44,545 nucleotides of DNA, taken from contig CAZTQX010000002.1 in the NCBI GenBank assembly GCA_964615985.1, positions 7,805-52,349 on the forward strand, read 5' to 3'. Source of the stretch: an uncultured Gammaproteobacteria bacterium. GTDB taxonomy: Bacteria > Pseudomonadota > Gammaproteobacteria > JAUZRS01. Below, one piece after another: positions 9,343 to 17,146 of the stretch (positions are counted from its first letter, which is position 1; every line of letters starts with the position of its first letter). The position numbers and the translations under genes are program-made. The notes beneath the pieces were generated by a model. The model searched no databases. It saw nothing but the letters and a program-made list of their open reading frames with translations, and was not told where the DNA came from.

Positions 9343-12300
9343 TTAATCACTCTGTCGTTGCAAAAATTGACTCTCAATCTCCGCAGCGGGTCGAGGACGA
9401 CTGAAGAAATAACCCTGAATCTGATCACACCCGCACTCCTCTAAAAACTGCTCTTGCTGCTGTGACTCAACCCCTTCAGCGGTCACTTGCAGACCCAAAC
9501 CGTGCGCCAAGGCAACAATGCCACGAAGAATTTCAGCATCCGTCCGATCGGTGACAATCCCCTTAACGAAAGTACGGTCTATCTTTAAACAATCAATTGG
9601 AAAGCGTTTCAGGTAACTCAAAGAGGAGTAACCGGTGCCAAAATCGTCAATGGTCAGCTGTACACCCATTTTTTTCAGAGCCATCAGGGTATTAATGACA
9701 TTTTCTGGCTCTTTCATCATCGCACTTTCTGTGATTTCCAACTCAAGAACGTGAGGCTGCAGACGATTTTGTTGTAAATGTTTATTAACAATCTCCAACA
9801 GAGCCACTTCATCCAACTGTTTAGCAGAAAGATTAACCGCCATGCGAATGCTTCGATAGCCCTCATCCAACCACATCCGAGCCTGCTGGCAGGCTTTAGA
9901 CAAAACCCATTCACCTAGCGCGACAATCATACCGCTCTCTTCCAAATAGGGAATAAACTCCGCTGGCGAGATCAGACCTCGTGTTGGGTGCTGCCAACGC
10001 AACAGAGCCTCCATGCTCTCCATGCGGCCACTTTTCAGACAGCGTTGTGGTTGGTAGTAGAGTAAAAACTCCTGCCGCTCCAAGGCACCACGAAGGTCAT
10101 GTTCCAGTTTCAAACGCCGACTAACCTCAGCTCCCATCCCAGGCTCATAGAATTGAAAATGCCCGCCTTTCTCCTTAGCTCGAAACATCGCCGTATCGGC
10201 ATGTTTGAGCATATCACTGCTGCTTTCACCATCTTCTGGATAAACCGCAACACCGACACTGGTGCCGATGTAAACCGGCTGCTCCATAAACGTAAACGGC
10301 TCTGAAATCACTTCACAGATTTTTTCAGCCACCTTGGCAACCGCCTCCAATTCACGAATATTATCCAAAATAATGGTGAACTCATCGCCACCCAATCGCG
10401 CCACCACATCGCCGCTGCGCACACAGCGTAACAATCGCTCTGCAACCGCCTGCAGCAACAGATCACCCACATCGTGCCCCAGAGAATCATTGACACTTTT
10501 AAACCGATCCAAATCTAAGAACAGCACCGCAAAACGGCGTTTCTCTTGTTCATCGCTCAACAAGGTTTGAATATGCTCCATAAACAGAGCGCGGTTGGGC
10601 AAGCCGGTCAAAGTGTCGTGATAAGCCAATTGATGCACATGTTTTTCTGCTCGACTGGCGCTTAACAATCGCGCCACACGCTGTCTTAAGACAGCGAAGT
10701 GGAGTGGTTTGGGGATAAAATCCGTCGCTCCAGCAGCAAAGGCATTATCAATGGAGTGCTCATCGTCCAGAGCGGTAATAATCACAATCGGCAGACTCTC
10801 ACCAGAGGGCAAACGCCGAATCCGCCGACAGGCTTCAAACCCACCCATCACCGGCATCAGCGCATCCATCAACACCAAATCAGGCATCTGACGTTCACAA
10901 AGAGCCAGAGCCTGCTCACCGTTACCGGCCTCTTTAACCTGATAACCGTCTCCCGCCAACACCGTCCGTAACGCCAAACGAATACCGCGATCATCGTCCA
11001 CCACCACCACAGAGAACGGATCACCGACCTCTTGCACACTCACAAGCTCCACCTCAACCCCAGAAAGCGACTCCAACTCCAATTTGACCGCGTGATACTC
11101 AGTTTCCAAACTGCGCTGCAATACCTCCGCATTACCCAACTGCTCTGAACGTCCCAACTCCTCTAAAGCCGCTGCAAACTTCGCCATCGGTTGCGCACCC
11201 AAATTACGGGCGCTGCCCTTGACACTGTGGGCAACATTGGCCATTTCAGTCATATTTTGATCACTGATCGCATTGCGTAAGGCCTGCAGATAGATGGGCA
11301 TGTCTTCCATAAACACCGTCAACAACATGAAAAAGGAGCTGCCCACGTTGTCACGTAACTCATCTAAAAAAGCGTGATCCAGAGAAACCGACTGCCGCTC
11401 TGATGATTGCTGAAACAAGGGATCTTGTTTAGATACGGAATCATTATTATTGACAAACCAGCGCTGCAAACTCTGTTGTAGACGTTGCAAATTAAGCGGT
11501 TTACTGAGGTAATCATCCATCCCAACCGCATAACAACGCTCAACCTCGGCTTCACCCACATTGGCGGTCATGGCAATAATGGGCAGATGCTGATCCTGTT
11601 CCTCGGCTCGAATGCGCAGGGTCGCCTCGTAACCGTCCAACTCCGGCATATGGCAATCCATCAACAACGCATCAAACGTGCGCTCGGCTAACATCTCCAA
11701 CGCCTGCTGACCATTATTAGCCAACTCCACCGTACAGCCCAAACGCTGCAACATGCCCAAAGCCACCTGCTGATTGGCGCGGTTGTCCTCCACCACCAAC
11801 ACCGATTTAGCAAAATGAACCGTGCTCCGCTTGGCAGCGGTTTTTACTGGCTTCAGTAAGCGTTGCGGTGGCCGTAGCACATTGGCAATCGCATCGTGCA
11901 ACGCCGACTCTTCCACCGGAGTCTCAATGTAACCGGCCGCATCCACCAGTTGAATGGTCTCGTGCCCCACCTGCCAACGACGAATCATCATAATCACAGC
12001 GGTGTCGCTTAACTTTGCATCGGCCTTAATCGCCTGACTCAAACTGGCTCCATCCATGTGCGGCATCTCCTGATCCACCATCACGACCCGATACGGTTTA
12101 TCTATCGCAGCGGCCACCTTGAGCGCTTTCAACGCATCGTGACCACAAGAGACTCCATGCTGCTGAATCCCCCAACGCTCCAAGGTCTGCTGCAAAAATT
12201 GACGATTGACCTCACTGTCATCCACCACCAGCACTTTCTCACCCGCCAGAGTACTGGAATAGCCTTCCTCCTCTCTCTCAACCGCATCCATCGGCAAGGT

Positions 12301-13770
12301 AAACCAAAAACGGCTGCCTCTGCCCAAGCGACTCCCCACTCCAATTTCGCCCCCCAACAACTCCACCAACTGACGACAGATGGCCAACCCTAAACCGGTA
12401 CCGCCATAACGTCGAGTAGTGGAACCGTCCGCTTGTGAAAACGGTTCAAAAATTCTCTCTTGCGCCTCCTCTAAGATACCGATGCCGCTGTCTTTCACCT
12501 CAAAACGCAGCAAATAACGACGCTCTTGATGGGAAACCACCGAGACCAACACCGACACCTCTCCACGCTCAGTAAACTTGATGCCATTGCCCAACAGATT
12601 CATTAAAATCTGTCGTAAACGTCCCGCATCACCAAACAATCGAGCGGGGACATTGGATTCAATCAGATAACCGATGTCCAAACCCTTGCGCTGCGCTTGT
12701 CCAGCCAACAGACCCACAACGTCCTTTTGCACATCGCGCAGATTGAAATCTTCGTTGTTGCTTTTCAGACGACCGGCCTCAATGCGAGAAAAATCGAGAA
12801 TGTCTTCAATCAACGACAGCAAGGCACGACCAGAACCTAAAGCAACCTCTATGTACTCTTGTTGTTTTGGGGTCAAGCCCATAGAACCCAATAACTCCAA
12901 CATCCCCAGCACACCGTTCAATGGGGTACGCAGATCGTGGCTCACATTAGTCGCAAACTCACCTTTCAGACGCGCCGATTTCAAGGCTATATCACGCGCC
13001 TTTTGCAACTCCGATTCACGCGCTTCCAATACATTCATCATGGTATTAAACGCTTCTTCCATGCGCATAATATCCTGCGGCCCATCCACAGCAGAACGTA
13101 CCTTTTTTTCCCCGCGCTGCGCGCGTTTCATCGCTTCAGCCAACTGCTGCAACGGCTTGGTCACTCGCGTGGTAATGGCCAACAAAACCAACAACAGCAA
13201 CGACGCCAGCAACAGAGAGATGTAGAGGTTAACTCTAAAAACTTGATTCAGAACCCGATCAAGAGACGCTTTGCTCATCACCAAGCGGGTATAACCGATC
13301 AAATCAGGAGCTGCTGTCTGCACACTAAAAGGTGAGCTGTCAGTAACTTCATCACTGAACACCGGAGCAATAAAATACCAAACCTGATCCGTCTCCCCAC
13401 CCAGTTGCGCCTTCAGTGGCCACACAGCAGCACCACCTTGTTGTAACGGGGCTGTTTTTGCACCTGCCGAAAAGAGCACATCATGATTGACCTGAAAAAT
13501 AGTAACCGAAATTACATCTGGAAAAGAGAGTGTCAGACGTGCGGCTTCTTTGGCGTTCTCCGCACTTTCATAAAGCAACGCCAAAGCACTTTGCTGAGCA
13601 AAAGATTCGGTCACTTTCAGGCCCTGCTCAAGCGCTTGCTGACGCAGCCCATCACTGGAGTAAGTCGAAATCGTAAACGAAGAGATCAACGCCAAACAAA
13701 AAATACCCAGCGTAAAAGCCAGAATAAGCTGTTGCTTAAAACCCCAACGTGAAATATGCGTAAAATTCAT
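9343..13770 (-). CDS. Hybrid sensor kinase / diguanylate cyclase / phosphodiesterase: TM-periplasmic loop-TM-HAMP-HisKA-HATPase-REC-REC-Hpt-REC-GGDEF-EAL (1475 aa)
   Basis: Residue numbers are by my own count. H-box SHDLRTPLN (His ~278); G-box GGTGLGLAI. REC Asp in MVDQEMP (~566), LMDCHMP (~705) and LMDALMP (~969). Hpt HSVKGSARNLG (~848). RSGD I-site followed 5 residues later by GGDEF (~1127). EAL motifs EALLRW, ELEITES and DDFGTGYSS. Confidence 0.92.
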   Translation of the reverse strand: MNFTHISRWGFKQQLILAFTLGIFCLALISSFTISTYSSDGLRQQALEQGLKVTESFAQQSALALLYESAENAKEAARLTLSFPDVISVTIFQVNHDVLFSAGAKTAPLQQGGAAVWPLKAQLGGETDQVWYFIAPVFSDEVTDSSPFSVQTAAPDLIGYTRLVMSKASLDRVLNQVFRVNLYISLLLASLLLLVLLAITTRVTKPLQQLAEAMKRAQRGEKKVRSAVDGPQDIMRMEEAFNTMMNVLEARESELQKARDIALKSARLKGEFATNVSHDLRTPLNGVLGMLELLGSMGLTPKQQEYIEVALGSGRALLSLIEDILDFSRIEAGRLKSNNEDFNLRDVQKDVVGLLAGQAQRKGLDIGYLIESNVPARLFGDAGRLRQILMNLLGNGIKFTERGEVSVLVSVVSHQERRYLLRFEVKDSGIGILEEAQERIFEPFSQADGSTTRRYGGTGLGLAICRQLVELLGGEIGVGSRLGRGSRFWFTLPMDAVEREEEGYSSTLAGEKVLVVDDSEVNRQFLQQTLERWGIQQHGVSCGHDALKALKVAAAIDKPYRVVMVDQEMPHMDGASLSQAIKADAKLSDTAVIMMIRRWQVGHETIQLVDAAGYIETPVEESALHDAIANVLRPPQRLLKPVKTAAKRSTVHFAKSVLVVEDNRANQQVALGMLQRLGCTVELANNGQQALEMLAERTFDALLMDCHMPELDGYEATLRIRAEEQDQHLPIIAMTANVGEAEVERCYAVGMDDYLSKPLNLQRLQQSLQRWFVNNNDSVSKQDPLFQQSSERQSVSLDHAFLDELRDNVGSSFFMLLTVFMEDMPIYLQALRNAISDQNMTEMANVAHSVKGSARNLGAQPMAKFAAALEELGRSEQLGNAEVLQRSLETEYHAVKLELESLSGVEVELVSVQEVGDPFSVVVVDDDRGIRLALRTVLAGDGYQVKEAGNGEQALALCERQMPDLVLMDALMPVMGGFEACRRIRRLPSGESLPIVIITALDDEHSIDNAFAAGATDFIPKPLHFAVLRQRVARLLSASRAEKHVHQLAYHDTLTGLPNRALFMEHIQTLLSDEQEKRRFAVLFLDLDRFKSVNDSLGHDVGDLLLQAVAERLLRCVRSGDVVARLGGDEFTIILDNIRELEAVAKVAEKICEVISEPFTFMEQPVYIGTSVGVAVYPEDGESSSDMLKHADTAMFRAKEKGGHFQFYEPGMGAEVSRRLKLEHDLRGALERQEFLLYYQPQRCLKSGRMESMEALLRWQHPTRGLISPAEFIPYLEESGMIVALGEWVLSKACQQARMWLDEGYRSIRMAVNLSAKQLDEVALLEIVNKHLQQNRLQPHVLELEITESAMMKEPENVINTLMALKKMGVQLTIDDFGTGYSSLSYLKRFPIDCLKIDRTFVKGIVTDRTDAEILRGIVALAHGLGLQVTAEGVESQQQEQFLEECGCDQIQGYFFSRPRPAAEIESQFLQRQSD

Positions 13771-13790
13771 GCTTATCGCTCAAATTTTGG

Positions 13791-14729
13791 CTAATAACGG
13801 CGCGGAAAGAGCAGGTCAAAGGCTCGAATTTGACGCGGTAAAAGGCGCAAACCAAGGTGATCCGCCGTACGCCGATTAAGGGCAAACTTAGCCTCTAACA
13901 GCGCACGAACCCCCTCATCAGTAGCGTCTTGCTGTAATTGACGTTGCGCCATTCTGGCCAAGCTTTGACCCAACGCTTCGTTATCTGCATAAAGAGAAAA
14001 GAGTGCGCCTCTTTTAGCATGCACCGAAGTACTGGAAAAAATCACAAATTCCCGTTCCCATGCTTGGCTCAACAGATTAGAAAAATTCCGACTTTGATCC
14101 ACCGTCACCCGATCCATCGGCAGCCACAATGCGTCCTTTTTAGCGTCCAACTGTTTCAACCAACGACGATAATGGCCCGCCGCTTCCTTCATACTCTCTG
14201 CTGGGATGGCATTCAAACGCAGGCCTCGACTGAGCGCCTCCTGCTGCGCCTTTTTAATCAAACAGGCGTTATTTTCCATATTATAGATCACCGTGATCGT
14301 CTCCACTTCGGGAACCAGAGAAACCAAGGTTTCAAACAGCAGCTTAGGGTCAGGCATCAAACTGATGCCCGTGCCAGCGTTGCGGCTCACCGACAGATCG
14401 GTCCCGCCAAACACCACCTTTACCAGCCCATCCAACTGCGACAGCGCTCTCGAACCTGCTCCTCCCAAGGCAATAACCACCTCAATCTCTTGCTGATCAA
14501 GCCACGCATCCAACGCATCCAATTGATAATCTGGAGATAGAGCATAACTGCGCACCGGCTCACCGATAACCGCCGTAATTCCCTTTAACATCTCGTCAAA
14601 AATCGCTTTAAAATGCCCATCCACCTGCGGATAAACCACCGCCACAGGCTGCTGTGCCAACACACCTTGTAAGGGCATGCAACACAACAACAGCAACCAT
14701 AGCCAGGCCATTCGCTTAGGTAAAAACAT
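13791..14729 (-). CDS. Periplasmic substrate-binding protein of the uncharacterised ABC_sub_bind (COG2984-like) type, with no transporter partner
   Basis: Signal peptide MFLPKRMAWLWLLLLCCMPLQGVLA. The pattern VVIALGGAGS..VVFGGTD..ITVIYN..DALWLPMD..VIFSS..GALFSL resembles PF04392-type binding proteins. The start is uncertain: the track gives TTG 14765; ATG 14729 gives the best signal peptide; ATG 14711 is also possible. Confidence 0.7.
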   Translation of the reverse strand: MFLPKRMAWLWLLLLCCMPLQGVLAQQPVAVVYPQVDGHFKAIFDEMLKGITAVIGEPVRSYALSPDYQLDALDAWLDQQEIEVVIALGGAGSRALSQLDGLVKVVFGGTDLSVSRNAGTGISLMPDPKLLFETLVSLVPEVETITVIYNMENNACLIKKAQQEALSRGLRLNAIPAESMKEAAGHYRRWLKQLDAKKDALWLPMDRVTVDQSRNFSNLLSQAWEREFVIFSSTSVHAKRGALFSLYADNEALGQSLARMAQRQLQQDATDEGVRALLEAKFALNRRTADHLGLRLLPRQIRAFDLLFPRRY

Positions 14730-14771
14730 GTGTAAAATAATCTGCATCCATAAATCGAATTTCAACCCGCC

Positions 14772-16856
14772 CTAAAAAGTATAACTCAGCTCGGCAAACA
14801 CATTCCGCCCTGCCAGAGGCAGGTCATTTGGAATCTCTGCTGCCGACGGTTCACGACGCTCCGCATCAAACAGATTACGCACCCCCAGCGCAGACTCCCA
14901 GCCTGAAGATGCAGAACGACGTCGCACCGTCAGATCCACCGAACTGTAATCGGCTACCTCTGCTCGCAGATCTCCCGCCGCTCTGGCTCTTGACATCAGC
15001 AGATTCAAACGTGAATTCACGCTCCAGGCGGGTTGAAATTGCCAGTCTGCCTGCAGATAGAGCTGATGATTGGGTGCATTGGCGGCAGATTGATTGCTGC
15101 TGTTATCCAAAGAGGATTGATAGGCTGTATTCAGCATCAAATGCAGATCAGAGGTCACCCGCCAATCCACCTCAAACTCCAATCCACCGCCACTCTGACT
15201 GCCACCATTTTGTGCTCGCTTTGACAGATCCGAGCCACTGGGATCAACGGGTTCAAAACGGATAATATCCTGCCATAAATAGGAAAACAGACTGGCGCTC
15301 AAACGCAGTCTCTCTTGAGGGTAGTATTCAAAAGCCAACTCAGTGGTTTGTATCGTCTCTGGTTTCAAATCCGCATTGCCCAACGCCACCGGATTATTAC
15401 GATTTTGGGTCTCTGCAAACGAAGGAGCACGGAATGCCTGACCGTACAGCAGCTTAAGCGTCATATTCTGCTGCAGTGACCAAATCAAGGCTAAACGCGG
15501 ATTAAGCGTCTGGCCAAAATCACTGTAATCGTCCAACCGTACCCCAGAGGTCAACTCCCAATCATTAGCCAATTTCCAGATATCCTGTAAAAAAAGATGG
15601 GCATTTTGTCGCCCCCCTTCAGGTAAAAAGACCGCCGCACTGTCCGATACATCCACCAAGGCGCCCAAGGGTGCAGGGAGAGGAGAGCCCATGGGAAATT
15701 CAAAATTTTTGCTCTCATTAACTCGGTAAATTTCACTGTCACTGTAACCCACGCCTAAACGAAGACGATGAGCAAAAAAACCAGCATACGAGGCCGAAAC
15801 GTTCCAGCGAGCATGCCGCTCAAACACTTCAGGATTACCAATAACGCCCGCTTGAAAACCCAGACCACCTGCAGGAAAAAGATTTAAATTCTCCTCAACC
15901 CGCTGGGAGGTGTCGTAAAAACTCAATTGAGTACTGATGTCCCAATCGTCAGCCAAATTAGGATTATGATAATTCAGATCCAAATTCCAACGTTCGCTGC
16001 CCAAGCGACCACTGGGATCCAGTGCCGAGGCAAGACCGACCCCCGAACCATTGTTGCTGCGACGCTGCCAACCCAAACGTGCGATAAAATCGCCCCGCCC
16101 CAGCTCCAAGCGCAGATCCAGATTATCCCGCTGTCGATTCACTGATCCTGGAGCCAAGGAGAATTGACTGCCAAACAGTTGATCTAAACCACTCTGCGCA
16201 TCCTGTTCGATAATATTCTTAGCCCCATCCGTGCGATGACTCTCTAAGGTAAAAGCAAACTGCCAACCCGCCAACTCACTGCCGTGCAACAACCAAAGAT
16301 CCTGAGCAGCAAAACTGCCGTAACGCACCCCAACCTCGGTACCGTTAATATCCGCCGCATTTTTGGTAATGACATTGATCACCCCAGCAAAGGCATCAGC
16401 ACCGTAAATCGCAGCCCCAGGGCCACGAATCACCTCAACTCTGGCGATGGCTTTGACTGGCATCCCTCCCCAGACTTGATGACGATCACCCACAAACAGG
16501 CTGTTGATCGGCACCCCATTGATCAACATCAACACCTCGGCATTGAAAGTAGAGGCGATACCCCGAAACAAATAGAGAGGGTTGTAACCATTGCTACGAG
16601 AAACATGCAGCCCAGGAATACTCTCCAAAATCTCATCCAGATCGGTCACTCCCATCGCCCGAATCTGCTTGGCAGTAATCACATTGGCCACCGCTGGAGC
16701 TTTGGAAATCGGCTGCTGCTCCCCCGTGGCAATGGTAATCATCTCCTCATCACCGTAAAGCAACAACAGATCTTGCTCCTCACGACTGTACTCTACAGCC
16801 CCTGCAGCCCCACTTAACAGCCCAAAACAGAACAGCAATGGCAGATAACCCAACAT
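14772..16856 (-). CDS. TonB-dependent outer-membrane receptor (694 aa)
   Basis: GGAGG lies 7 nt before ATG (complement of 16854-16856). Signal peptide, TonB-box-like EEMITIATG, plug motifs (ITAKQIRAMGVTDLDEILESIPGLHV, IRGPGAAIYGADAFAGVINVITK), and a C-terminal beta-barrel ending in aromatic ..ELSYTF. Confidence 0.9.
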   Translation of the reverse strand: MLGYLPLLFCFGLLSGAAGAVEYSREEQDLLLLYGDEEMITIATGEQQPISKAPAVANVITAKQIRAMGVTDLDEILESIPGLHVSRSNGYNPLYLFRGIASTFNAEVLMLINGVPINSLFVGDRHQVWGGMPVKAIARVEVIRGPGAAIYGADAFAGVINVITKNAADINGTEVGVRYGSFAAQDLWLLHGSELAGWQFAFTLESHRTDGAKNIIEQDAQSGLDQLFGSQFSLAPGSVNRQRDNLDLRLELGRGDFIARLGWQRRSNNGSGVGLASALDPSGRLGSERWNLDLNYHNPNLADDWDISTQLSFYDTSQRVEENLNLFPAGGLGFQAGVIGNPEVFERHARWNVSASYAGFFAHRLRLGVGYSDSEIYRVNESKNFEFPMGSPLPAPLGALVDVSDSAAVFLPEGGRQNAHLFLQDIWKLANDWELTSGVRLDDYSDFGQTLNPRLALIWSLQQNMTLKLLYGQAFRAPSFAETQNRNNPVALGNADLKPETIQTTELAFEYYPQERLRLSASLFSYLWQDIIRFEPVDPSGSDLSKRAQNGGSQSGGGLEFEVDWRVTSDLHLMLNTAYQSSLDNSSNQSAANAPNHQLYLQADWQFQPAWSVNSRLNLLMSRARAAGDLRAEVADYSSVDLTVRRRSASSGWESALGVRNLFDAERREPSAAEIPNDLPLAGRNVFAELSYTF

Positions 16857-17146
16857 CAATTCCCCTCCCCCTTATTAAATACACAGCGATTCGTTATTAT
16901 TGTTATTCGAAAGCCGCCAACAAAAATTTCAAAACTTATTCTAACCTTAAATTCTTTACCGCGCACTCGGACAACGTCATTGATTCGAGATAAAAAAACC
17001 AATCCTAACACCTGTATGTAACTCATAGGCTTCTAAGCATCTGACAGTTCAGGCATAATGACCCCCTTTTTTAGGGCTGAGCCAATTCGTAAGCAAGGCT
17101 TTTGCCGCCACCATAAAATCACTCGTCACTTTGGCGTGAGGACACT

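Noticed and set aside
16893-16907. GTTATTATTGTTATT upstream of the TonB-dependent receptor gene, considered as a Fur box
   Set aside because: It resembles the GATAATGATAATCATTATC consensus only partially, with one good AATAAT hexamer. It is too weak to call without a PWM score, and the receptor may not be iron-related.
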